Assembly (NCBI RefSeq): GCF_009914755.1 | Contig: NC_060926.1 | Source: the human T2T-CHM13v2.0 reference genome, Homo sapiens | Direction: 5' to 3' (one strand) | DNA length: 64,000 nt | In this document: positions 33,677-45,060 of the stretch, one piece after another | How positions within the stretch are numbered: position 1 is the first letter of the stretch | Layout of the letters: each line of letters opens with the position of its first letter | Translations under genes and position numbers: made by a program | Notes under the pieces: generated by a model | The model's database searches: none | Told to the model about the DNA's origin: nothing | What the model saw: the letters and a program-made list of their open reading frames with translations, nothing else

Positions 33677-33799
33677 CGGGGGACCTCCCTTGGGAGATCA
33701 ATCCCCTGTCCTCCTGCTCTTTGCTCCGTGAGAAAGATCCACCTACGACCTCAGGTCCTCGGACCGATCAGCCCAAGAAACATCTCACCAATTTCAAAT

Positions 33800-33808
33800 C
33801 CGGTAAGT
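33800..33808 (+). promoter_or_regulatory. HERV-H major splice donor CCG|GTAAGT
   Basis: Lies about 145 nt after the 5' LTR, as in other HERV-H copies; intronic hexamer matches the consensus GTAAGT. Confidence 0.8.
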
Positions 33809-34357
33809 GGCCTCTTTTTACTCTCTTCTCCAACCTCCCTCACTATCCCTCAACCTCTTTCTCCTTTCAGTCTTGGTGCCACACTTCAGTCTCTCCCTTC
33901 TCTTAATTTCAATTCCTTTCATTTTCTGGTAGAGACAAAAGGGACATGTTTTATCCATGAACCCAAAACTCCGGCACCGGTCACGGACTGGGAAGGCAGC
34001 CTTCCCTTGGTGTTTAATCATTGCAGGGACGCCTCTCTGATTATACACTCACGTTTCAAGGGTGTCAGACCATGCAGGGATGCCTGCCTTGGTCCTTCAC
34101 CCTTAGCGGCAAGTCCCGCTTTCCTGGGACAGGGGCAAGTACCCCTCAACCCCTTCTCCTTCACCCTTAGTGGCAAGTCCCGCTTTCCTAGGGGGCAAGA
34201 ACCCCCCAATCGCTTATTTCCGCACCCCAACCTCTTATCTCTGTGCCACAATCCCTTATTTCCATGTCCCAACCCTTTCTCTGCTTTTCTGGAGGGGAAG
34301 AAACCCCCACCCCTTCTCCGTGTCTCTACTCTTTTCTCTGGGCTTGCCTCCTTCACT

Positions 34358-35530
34358 ATGGGCAGGCTTCCACCTTCCATTCCTCTTTCTTCTCCCTTAG
34401 CCTGTATTCTTAAGAACTTAAAACCTCTTCAATTCTCACCTGACCTAAAATCTAAGCATCTTATTTTCTTCTGCAATGCCACTTGACCCCAATACAAACT
34501 CAACAGTAGTTCCAAATAGCCAGAAAACGGCACTTTCAATTTTTCCATCCTACAAGATCTAAATAATTCTTGTCGTAAAATGGGCAAATGGTCTGAGGTG
34601 CCTGACGTCCAGGCATTCTTTTACACATCAGTCCCTTCCTAGTCTCTGTGCCCAGTGCAACTCGTCCCAAATCTTCCTTCTTTCCCTCCCGCCTGTCCCT
34701 TCAGTACCAACCCCAAGTGTCATTGAGTCTTTCTAATCTTCCTTTTCTACAGACCCATCTGACCTCTCCCCTCCTCAACAGGCCGAGCTAGGTCCCAATT
34801 CTTCCTCAGCCTCCGCTCCTCCACCCTATAATCTTTTAATCGCCTCCCCTCCTCACACCTGCTCCGGCTTACAGTTTCGTTCCGTGACTAGGCCTCCCCC
34901 TCCTGACCAGCAATTTACTCTTAAAAAGGTGGCTGGAGCTAAAGGCATAGTCAAGGTTAATGCTCCTTTTTCTTTATCCCAAATCAGATGGCGTTTAGGG
35001 TCTTTTTCATCAAATATAAAAATCCAGCCCAGTTCATGACTTGTTTGGCAGCAACCCTGAGACACTTTACAGCCCTAGACCCTAAAAGGTCAAAAGGCCG
35101 TCTTATTCTCAATATACATTTTATTACCCAATCTGCTCCCGACATTAAATAAAACTCCAAAAACTGAAATCTGGCCCTCAAACCCCACAACAGGACTTAA
35201 TTAACCTCACCTTCAAGGTGTGCAATAACAGAAAAAAGTTGCAATTCCTTGCCTCCACTGTGAGACAAACCCCAGCTACATCTCCAGCACACAAGACTTC
35301 CAAATGCCTGAACCGCAGCAGCCAGGTGTTCCTCCAGAACCTCCTCCCCCAGGAACTTGCTACACATGCCGGAAATCTGGCCACTGGGCCAAGGAATGCC
35401 CGCAGCCCGGGATTCCTCCTAAGCCGCGTCCCATCTGTGTGGGACCCCACTGAAAATCGGACTATTCAACTCACCTGGCAGCCACTCCCAGAGCTGCTGG
35501 AACTCTGGCCCAAGGCTCTCTGACTGACTC
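34358..35530 (+). pseudogene. gag: HERV-H gag remnant
   Basis: MGRLPPSIPLSSPLACILKNL (matrix start) with a stop at 34484; nucleocapsid knuckles CYTCRKSGHWAKEC..PRPICVGPH* at about 35358-35455. Confidence 0.85.
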
Positions 35531-35593
35531 CTTCTTGGCTTACCGGCTGAAGACTGACACTGCCCGATCACCTCGGAAGCGCCCTAGACCATC

Positions 35594-35896
35594 ATGGACG
35601 GCAAGCTTTGGGTAACTCTCACAGTGGAAGGTAAGCCTGTCCCCTTCTTAATCAATACGGAGGCTACTCATTTCACATTACCTTCTTTTCAAGGGCCTGT
35701 TTCCCTTGCCTCCATAACTGTTGTGGGTATTGACGGCCAGGCTTCTAAACCTCTTAAAACTCCCCAACTCTGGCGCCAACTTAGACAATACTCTTTTAAG
35801 CACTCCTTTTTAGTTATCCCCACCTGCCCAGTTCCCTTATTAGGCCGAGACACTTTAACTAAATTATCTGCTTCCCTGACTATTCCTGGATTATAG
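35594..35896 (+). pseudogene. pro: HERV-H protease remnant
   Basis: VTLTVEGKPVPFLINTEA (catalytic DTGA altered to NTEA), VVGIDG, PLLGRD. Confidence 0.88.
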
Positions 35897-37790
35897 CTAC
35901 ATCTCATTGCTGCCTTCCTTCCCAATCCAAAGCCTCCTTTGTGTCCTCCTCTTGTATCCCCCCAACCTTAACCCACAAGTATAAGATACCTCTACTCCCT
36001 CCTTGGCGACCAATCATGCACCCCTTCCCATCTCATTAAAACCTAATCACCCTTACCCCACTCAACAATATCCCATCCCACAGCACACTTTAAAAAGATT
36101 AAAGCCTGTTATCACTCGCCTGCTACAGCATGGCCTTTTAAAGCCTATAAACTCTCCTTACAATTCCCCCGTTTTACCTGTCCTAAAACCAGACAAGCCT
36201 TACAAGTTAGTTCAGGATCTGCGCCTTAGCAACCAAATTGTTTTGCTATGGTGCCAAACCCATATACTCTCCTATCCTCAATACCTCCCTCCACAACCCA
36301 TTATTCTGTTCTGGATCTCAAACATGCTTTCTTTACTATTCCTTTGCACCCTTAATCCCAGCCTCTCTTTGCTTTCTCTTGGACTGACCCTGACACCCAT
36401 CAAGCTCAGCAAATTACCTAGGCTGTACTGCCGCAAAGCTCACAGACAGCCCCCGTTACTTCAATCAAGCCCAAATTTCTTCCTCAATTGTTACCTATCT
36501 CGGCATAATTCTCAAAACACACGTGCTTTCCCTGCTGATCGTGTCCGATTAATCTCCCAAACCTCAATCCCTTACAAAACAACAACTCCTTTCCTTCCTA
36601 GGCATGGTTAGTGTGGTCAGAATTCTTACACAAGAGCCAGGACCGCACCCTGTAGCCTTTCTGTCCAAACAACTTGACCTTACTGTTTTAGCCTAGCCCT
36701 CATGTCTGCAAGCAGCGGCTGCCGCTGCTTTAATACTTTTAGAGGCCCTCAAAATTGCAAACTATGCTCAACTCACTCTCTACATTTCTCATAACTTCCA
36801 AAATCTATTTTCTTCCTCATACCTGATGCATATACTTTCTGCTCCTGGCTCCTTCAGCTGTACTCACTCTTTGTTAAGTCCCACAATTACCATCGTTCCT
36901 GGCCCGGACTTCAAGCTGGCCTCCCACATTATTCCTGATACCACACCTGACCCCCACGACTGTATCTCTCTGATCCACCTGACATTCACCCCATTTCCCC
37001 ATATTTCCTTCTTTCCTGTTCCTCACCCTGATCACGCTTGATTTATTGATGGCAGTTCCACCAGGCCTAATCGCCACATACCAGCAAAGGCAGGCTATGC
37101 TATAGTACAAGCCACTAGCCCGCCTCCCAGAACCTCTCATTTCCTTTCCATCGTGGAAATCTATCCTCAAGGAAATAACTTCTCAGTGTTCCATCTGCTA
37201 TTCTACTACTCCTCAAGGATTATTCAGGCCCCCTCCCTTCCCTACACATCAAGCTCGAAGATTTGCCCCTACCCAGGACTGGCAAATTAGCTTTACTCAA
37301 CATGCCCGGGTCAGGAAACTAAAATACCTCTTAGGCTAAATAGACACTTTCACTGAATAAGTAAAGGCCTTTCCTACAGGGTCTGAGAAGGCCTCCGCAG
37401 TCATTTCTTCCATTCTGTCAGACATAATTCCTCAGTTTAGCCTTCCCACCTCAATACAGTCTGATAACAGATGAGCCTTTATTAGTCAAATCAGCCAAGC
37501 AGTTTTTCAGGCTCTTAGTATTCAGTGAAACCTTTATATCCCTTACAGTCCTCCATCTTCAAGAAAGGTAGAATGGACTGAAGGTCTTTTAAAAACTCAC
37601 CTCACCAAGCTCAGCCACCAAAAAGGACTGGACAATACTTTTATCACTTTCCCTTCTCAGAATTCAGGCCTGTCCTTGGAATGCTACAAGGTACAGCCCA
37701 TTTAAGCTCCTGTATAGATGCTCCTTTTTATTAGGCCCCAGTCTCATTCCAGACACCGGACCAACTTAGACTGTGCCCCCAAAAAAAACT
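35897..37790 (+). pseudogene. pol: HERV-H pol remnant (RT, RNase H and integrase pieces with deletions)
   Basis: QYPIP...[48 protein letters not shown] and IQSDN motifs, with stops and frameshifts. Confidence 0.88.
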
Positions 37791-38350
37791 TGTCATCCCT
37801 ACTATTTTCTGTCTAGTCATACTCCTATTCTCTGTTCTCAACTACTCATACATGCCCTGCTCTTGTTTACACTGCCAGTTTACACTGTTTATCCAAGCCA
37901 TCACAGCTGATATCTCCTCGTGCTATCCCCAAACTGCCACTCTTAACTCTTGAAGTAACTAAATAATCTTTGGTGGCAGGACTATGCTGAATCTCCTTAG
38001 GCACTCTCTAATCAGATGTCCTAGGTCCTCCCAATTCTTAGACTTTTTATACCTGTTTTTCTCCTTATTCCATTTAGTTTTTCAGTTCATACAAAACCGT
38101 ATCCAGGCCATCACCAATCATTCTATACAACAAATGTTTCTTCTAACAACCCCACAATATCACCCCTTACCACAAGATCTGCCTTCAGCTTAATCTGTCC
38201 CACTCTAGGTTCCCACACCACCCCTAATCCCGCTTGAAGCAGCCCTGAGAAACATCGTCCACTCTCTCTCCATACCACCCCCCAAAAATTTTCGCCGCCC
38301 CAACACTTCAACACTATTTTGTTTTATTTTTCTTAATAAGAAGGCAGGAA

Positions 38351-38798
38351 TGTCAGGCCTCTGAGTCCAAGCCAAGCCATCGCATCCCCTGTGACCTGCA
38401 CGTATACGCCCAGATGGCCTGAAGTAACTAAAGAATCACAAAAGAAGTGAATATGCCCTGCCCCACCTTAACTGATGACATTCCACCACAAAAGAAGTGT
38501 AAATGGCCGGTCCTTGCCTTAACTGATGACATTACCTTGTGAAAGTCCTTTTCCTGGCTCATCCTGGCTCAAAAAGCTCCCCCACTGAGCACCTTGCGAC
38601 CCCCACTCCTGCCCGCCAGAGAACAAACCCCCTTTGACTGTAATTTTCCTTTACCTACCCAAATCCTATAAAACGGCCCCACCCTTATCTCCCTTTGCTG
38701 ACTCTTTTCGGACTCAGCCCGCCTGCACCAGGTGATTAAAAGCTTTATTGCTCACACAAAGCCTGTTTGGTGGTCTCTTCACACGGACGCGCATGAAA
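38351..38798 (+). promoter_or_regulatory. 3' LTR7 (448 bp), carrying the poly(A) signal
   Basis: TGTCAGGCC...GCATGAAA; about 10 substitutions, one 1-bp indel and one 31-bp indel relative to the 5' LTR. Confidence 0.95.
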
Positions 38799-39069
38799 GA
38801 TATGTCAATCATGTGTTTTTAAAAAATGACTATTTCATAAAATGATGAATAGCTAATATGTACCATGAAGTATATATAATTCTTGGGTAATTTTCAAGAA
38901 CTGGTTCTCATCTTCAGAGCCAATACTTTCCTTTTAATTATTCATCTGAATTAAATATATTTAAATTTAAATCTTTAGCTTGAAGGGGAAAAAGAATCCT
39001 GTGTACTGCTCTAGCTGTGACCAAGCCAATTATGCTAACATCAGCATCCAACGATCACAGCAGGAAACA

Positions 39070-39250
39070 TACTGTCTTCTTTACATGCATGGGCTGACTG
39101 AATTCTTACAAAATCTCCATGAGGTAGGCATCACTATACATTCACATTCCATAGGTGAGAACAATTTGATGTTAATTAACCTCCTCAAAGCTATATAATT
39201 CTCTAAGAACTGAATCAGAATTCAAATAAAATCTTTCTGACTCCAAAATG
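39070..39250 (-). mobile_element. MIR fragment
   Basis: ccatgaggtagg...ataggtgagaa...agaattcaaa...tctgactccaaa. Confidence 0.7.
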
Positions 39251-39601
39251 AATGTAAAACATACGTAATGTAGCCCCTTCTAAAGGATATTTCTCAGAGC
39301 TTCAAGGCTGTTCTTACAGATCAGACACCTTTGTAGAATATTCTAAGACCCACATCTAAACATATTTCTGTGAAGTATCTAAGGAAATACCTAAAATTCA
39401 TCTTTCAAATGGTAGTATCTGGTTTAAGGATTGCTCCTTATTTCACATAACCCTTAGTGGGTGTAATAGTTCATTCTTATGCTGCTGTAAAGAACCACCT
39501 GAGACTGTGAAATTTATGAAGAAAAGAGGTTTAGTTGACTCACAGTTCTGCAGGCTTAACAGGAAGCACGACGGGAAGCCTTCAGGAAACTTAAATCATG
39601 G

Positions 39602-41836
39602 TGTCAAGGAATCTTTGGGGTGTTGCTTTTCCAGCTGGAAATTCTGTGGCCAGTGGCACCTTTGCCTAAGTATTGCTCAGGCCTGCTGGGCTCATTCCAC
39701 CCACTCGGCCTGGCAGGCTGTGCTCAGCTGTGCCACTGGCCTGGATCCCACACCTGCCAAGGGAGAGTCAGGCATAGAGCAGTGAGGAGTGTGTGAGCAA
39801 GCGTGGGATCTGGCCACTGCCCACAGCCAGGCATGCCAGCTGCGGAGAGGTGGGGAGCTCCAGGCACCAGCACGGGTGCCGGCTCTTTGTGAGGCTGTGG
39901 CTGGACCAGGCATACCACAAGTAGATTTCACTGTGAGCACCATGGAACTCGGGGCACCTGGACCCTTGGAGACACCAGGAACCGCAGACCCCCAAAGAGG
40001 GTGTCACTGCCCTGGCTCAGAGGGCCCCTAGGTCTGGGCTCCTGAAAGAACTGCAGCTCTTCTCTCTTTCCCATTGAGAGACAGGACTAGCTGGATTTCC
40101 TAGGCCGACTAAGAATCCCTAAGCCTAGCTGGGAAGGCGACGGCATCCACCTTTAAACACAGGGCTTGCAACTTAGCTCACACCCAACCAATCGGAGAGC
40201 TCACTAAAATGCTAATTAGGCAAAAACAGGAGGTAAAGAAATAGCCAATCATCTATTGCCTGAGAGCACAGCGGGAAGGACAAGGATCGGGATATAAACC
40301 CAGGCATTCAAGCCAGCAACGGCAACCCCCTTTGGGTCCCCTCCCCTTGTATGGGAGCTCTGTTTTCACTCTATTTCACTCTATTAAATCTTGCAACTGC
40401 ACTCTTCTGGTCCGTGTTTGTTACGGCTCAAACTGAGCTTTCTCTTGCCATCCACCACTGCTGGTTTGTTGCGGTCGGAGACCGGCCGCTGACTTCCATC
40501 CCTCCGGATCCAGCAGGGTGTCCGCTGTGCTCCTGATCCAGCGAGGCGCCCATTGCCGCTCCTGATCGGGCTAAAGGCTTGCCATTGTTCCTGCATGGCT
40601 AAGTGCCTGGGTTCGTTCTAATCGAGCTGAACACTAGTCACTGGGTTCCACGGTTGTCTTCCATGACCCACGACTTCTAATAGAGCTATAACACTCACCG
40701 CATGGCCTAAGATTCCATTCCTTGGAATCCGTGAGGCCAATGAACCCCAGGTCAGAAAACATGAGGCTTGCCACCATCTTGGAAGTGGCCTACCACCATC
40801 TTGGGAGCTCTGGGAGCAAGGACCCCCGGTAACATCATTACCTGCAACATGGCAAGTAGGGCGGCATGTTTTAGTACTGTTTGTGTTACAGCTCTTTTAG
40901 TCCCACCATTCAGTGGGTCCTGAGTTCTTGTCCCGCATCCAGAAAAAAAATTAGGTATGTGGACAACTGGAGGGTGAGCAAGGTGAAGTGGAGCTTCACT
41001 GAGCTGCAGAACAGTTCTCAGGAAACCTACAGTTCCACATGCAGGTCATCCTGACAAGTGTCCAGTTTCTCTGCATAGAGGAGACTGCAGTGGGTAGCTC
41101 CTTCCCACAGCTGGTAGTCCCAAGTCTGTCCAAGTCTGGCTGAGTCTGGGGTTTTCATGGGTTCCAAAGGGAGGAAGTGCATGCTGATTGGTCCATAGAT
41201 AGCCTTGGGAGGGCCTGGAGAAAGCACCATAAGTTCTCACTCCAGGCCAGGGACTACACCCAGAACTGGAGGCTGGCCCCCAGGCTTGGAAGTGGGGTTT
41301 CATCAGGGACTCACCCCTTCCCACCCAGAAGCCTGCCTGCCACCATCAACACGCCATCCACGGCACCCAGGCTGCTCGTGCTAAAGGGTGCCTGTAAGGC
41401 TACGCCAAGCCACCCTCAACCCCCTTAGGCCTCCCTCCCATGCTCGTTGGTGCCCAAAGTCCAGAGGGGACCAAGGTGACAGGGGACTGCTGTGTTGGCA
41501 TTGCCCCGAGCATGCACACACCTGGCCGGGTTGCAACAGTGCCTGGGCTCAGCTTCAACTTTGCTCCCAAATCAGAGTGGGCACCAGGAATGGGGAGAGG
41601 CCAGGCAGCAGGAGCAGGCATTTCTGAGCCTGCGGAGGAAGGAGGACTTCCCAGGCCCCTGAGAGCACAGGGCTGCCCTGGTTCTGCAGCCCCAGCTGCA
41701 CAGCTGCAGCTGCACCCTGGGAGTGCAGAAGGGGGCAGGGCTCCCGCCAGTTCCCAGCTCCTGCTGGCTCTGCAGAGTGTGCAGTCCCGGCCTTGCCTCG
41801 CCCACTGCAGCTGATGTCCCTCACCCACTGCTGTCA
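39602..41836 (-). mobile_element. MER52-family solo LTR (GC-rich) split by LTR17
   Basis: TGTCA...TGTCA termini, perfect 4-bp TSD ATGG and MER52-like GC-rich body; explains the ORF cluster at 39.5-42 kb. Confidence 0.88.
40075..40834 (+). mobile_element. LTR17 (HERV-W) full-length solo LTR
   Basis: TGAGAGACAGGACTAGCTGGATTTCCTAGG...CCCCCGGTAACA with CCAAT boxes, GATATAAA and ATTAAA; TSD CCAT/TCAT. Confidence 0.95.
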
Positions 41837-43449
41837 ATGGCAGAAGGTGAAGAGGAAACAAGGGTGGAGCAAGAGGGTGGGGGATGTGCCACACACTTTC
41901 AAATTATCAGATCACATGAGAACTCACTATCATAAGAACAGCAAGGGGGAAATCCACCCCCATGATCCAGTCACGTCCCACCAGGCCCCTCCCCTGACAT
42001 GTGGGGATTACCATTAGAGATGATATTTGGGTGGGGACACAGAGCCAAATTGTATCAGCGGGAATATATTGAACCTTACCTGTTAATTTGCTCTGTCTTC
42101 TCACACACCTCTTTTTCTTTCATCTTGTCTCAGGAAAATAAATATTCTTTCTTCTTGCTTAGGAGTATTGCCATCCCTTTCTATTCCCTCCAAGGGCTCC
42201 AATAGTGCTCCTGAATACTCATGACTGGGCCCTTGCTTCTAAGTCTCTCTTTACCCGGAGCTACTTGGTCTTCCCCTGCTTCTTACATTCTATCTATTTG
42301 AGCAACAGGTCTCAAAGCTAAATAATTATATAAAACACTGCTCTAGCATTTTGCTCTCTCAAATAACCACCATCTCTCTTGCATCTTGAGTGTCTCCCTT
42401 GCTCCCTACTACAAACATAGTGAGCTACCTTGCTTTAAACTATTAGATAAGGCTATTAGATAAGATGACTGGGCATTTTTGCCTTTAACCTGAAACCATG
42501 AGACTTCCCCTTATCAAGCCTCAGTCCTTCAACCAGTCAGGATGTAGGTTGCTGTAGTGTTTCTAGAAGCTGTGAAGAACTGTTTTTTACACTACAAACC
42601 ATTTGGTGATGAACAAGTTTTGGTTAGCCCCCTTATTTGATAATATGCTTCTCACAGTTATGTGACAATGTCTAAGATTTCACTAACAATATAGTGCAAA
42701 TGAACTACCTTGCTCTAAGTGTGTGCTGGTGAATAAAATCATTGGTGAATAAGATCACATATGAGTTATATGATAATGCCTAAGATTTCACTAACATAGA
42801 TTCCTTACTATGTATGGCTTTTCTCAAGCTCACTAATCCAAGGGCTAATAATTCTTCCTTGTAATTCATCCTTAAAGAGCTAAAGTTACGATTTTCTAGC
42901 ATGTCTTTCATGTAAATACCCAGGGAATCATGTGAAATACATTTTATAATTCCCATTATTCCCATTTTTCAAGTGAGAAATCTAAAAGCCAGTAGGTTCT
43001 AGCAATTTTCTTAAGGCCACATATTTTGTACAAGCATTCAACATTACAGAAGTATCTGTGTCCATAATCTTTCTGGAACACCATGCTTAAATGTTTTTTG
43101 CAAATAAGAAAATTAAAATGGTTTCTGCAAAAGGTTAGTTGTTTGCTCCTATTAGCTGTTTGTTATTTAAACAGGTATATCACTCAGGACTCTTTCGGTT
43201 ACAAGTAACAGTAAATACAAATTAGCTTAAGCAAGAGCATTGACTAATCTGGCTGAAAGTTCTAGTGTCAGTTTCTAGAGAAATTTGATATCATTGTTAA
43301 GTATCTCACTGCCAGATAGGATCCATTGTGTCCATGATTTTGCCACTGAAGATCATTGATCTTATTTTGCATAATTCCAGGAATGAAAGAAAGAATCCTT
43401 TCCATAAAGCTCAAAAATTCCCATAATGCAGTTTTGGGAGCTCTTTCTA

Positions 43450-45060
43450 GACCTGAAGGATGAGAAACTGGTCATGTTACCTCCTAGGAGAAAGTTCCAG
43501 GAAAAGGAAATAGTATGTGGGAAAACCCTAAGGTCAAAAAGAGCTCGGGTTCTTCACAGAACTGAGAGAAGCCCATCACAAGAGGAAGATAACTAGGAGA
43601 GTAGTGGCTAAAGATGAAGGTGGATTAGTTAAAAAAAAAATACATATGGCATATATATATATATATATATATGAGCCCACATACATATATATGGGCCGTT
43701 TGAACCACATAAGACATGATGAAACCTTGTTCGTTCATTTAAGGTTAATGTCTAGCTGGCAGGAGATCTTAAACAAGGATATGATTTGTTCTCATTCAGA
43801 CTTTGAGAAGATTAATTACTGTGAATCTTGGAAATGTGGGCAAGTTTGAGAGGATCAGCTAATAGGGAATTTCAGCTAGCCATGAGAAAAAAGATCACAG
43901 CTTAGATTAAAGTGGCAAGAGAGGGTTGGAAGAAGTAGAGAGAAATAAGAAAATTAGGAGGCAGATGATTAGGGCTTAGTAATTACTTGTGTGTGGTGGA
44001 CCTTTGTCTAGGGAGAGAATGTAAAACAGACTAATAGTCTGAAACAAAAGTACAGATATTTATTGATTGCCTGGGAGACTTTACATCTTTCAATACCTCT
44101 AAGCAGAGCTTGACTTCCTCAATGCCACGGTCCAGACAACTTTATCTATAATCTCCTGGTTGCTTCATACTTTTATACTACATGCCTAGGACCTGAAAGT
44201 TGTTGAGTTTGGGTTTCCTGGTATAGAAAGAAAAAAAAAAAAGAAGGGCCTACTACTTAGTCCTTACAATAATCAAAATTTGTCAATTACAAGAGAAGTT
44301 ACCAACAAAGACTCAGAAGTAGCTGTCAAGGGGATGGAAGGAGAATCAAGAAAGGCTTGTTGTATTTCATTGAACCAAGTGAAGATAGTGTTTTAAGAAG
44401 GAAGAGATTCTCAACTGTGCAGCAGTTTTGCTCAGAAAGCAGTCAAGATGAGAGATCAAACATAAAATGGAAGATGTTCAAAATGTCTGATGATATGGTA
44501 ACACAGAAGATAAAAACAAAGGTTATTAAAACATATCAATATAAATATTTGACTTATAAAATGAAAGTTGCTGGTTGTAATGGGCTGAACCGTGTCACTC
44601 TAAAAAATTCCGATGTTGAACTCCTAACTTACAATATCTCAGAATGTGACTGTATTTGGAGATAATGATCTTTAAATGGACAATTAAGTTAAAACACTCT
44701 CATTAGGCTAATCCAATTTGACTGGTGTCCTTACAGAAAGAGAAAATTAGGGCACAAACACACATAGAAGAAAGACCATGTGAAGACAGGAAGATGGCCA
44801 CCTACAGCCAGGAAAAGAGGCTTCAGAAAATGTCAACTCTGCTGGCATCTTGATCTCAGACTTATAACCTCCGTGAGAAAATAAATTTATGTTGTTTAAG
44901 CCACCCAGTCTATGGTACTTTGTTACGGCAGCATTGGCAAACTAATTCACTGGTGATTTTAACAAAAGGAACGTCGGTAAAGTGATGGAAGCAGAAAACA
45001 GATTTGAGTGAGAAGAAGAACTGATAGGAATCAGAAAATAAGGAAAGCAAGTACCTAGAT
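43450..45060 (-). mobile_element. L2 remnant interrupted by MLT1B
   Basis: Purine-rich antisense L2 motifs (agttccaggaaaaggaaatag; ccaacaaagactcagaag; gcagtcaagatgaga). Confidence 0.65.
44576..44949 (+). mobile_element. MLT1B-like solo LTR (MaLR)
   Basis: TGTAATGGGCTGAA...GTTGTTTAAGCCACCCAGTCTATGGTA...AAACTAATTCA with a perfect 5-bp TSD CTGGT. Confidence 0.9.

Larger units (their letters stand above)
33177..38798 (+). mobile_element. HERV-H provirus (common deleted 5.6-kb form, env largely missing) with two LTR7s
   Basis: TSD GATAT (33172-33176 and 38799-38803), paired LTRs, tRNA-His PBS, polypurine tract AATAAGAAGGCAGGAA (38335-38350), gag/pro/pol remnants. Confidence 0.98.
39462..42057 (-). 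mobile_element. MSTA-like solo LTR split by MER52 (pieces 39462-39601 and 41837-42057)
   Basis: The halves rejoin as ...AATCATGG|CAGAAGGTGAAG; TSD GTGGG/GCGGG. Confidence 0.9.

Noticed and set aside
37800-38340. HERV-H env gene
   Set aside because: Only about 500 bp of remnant lies between integrase and the polypurine tract, with no env ORF.
39507-42017. Dense cluster of overlapping GC-rich ORFs suggesting a gene or CpG island
   Set aside because: All lie within MER52, LTR17 or MSTA LTR sequence, where GC richness lowers stop frequency.
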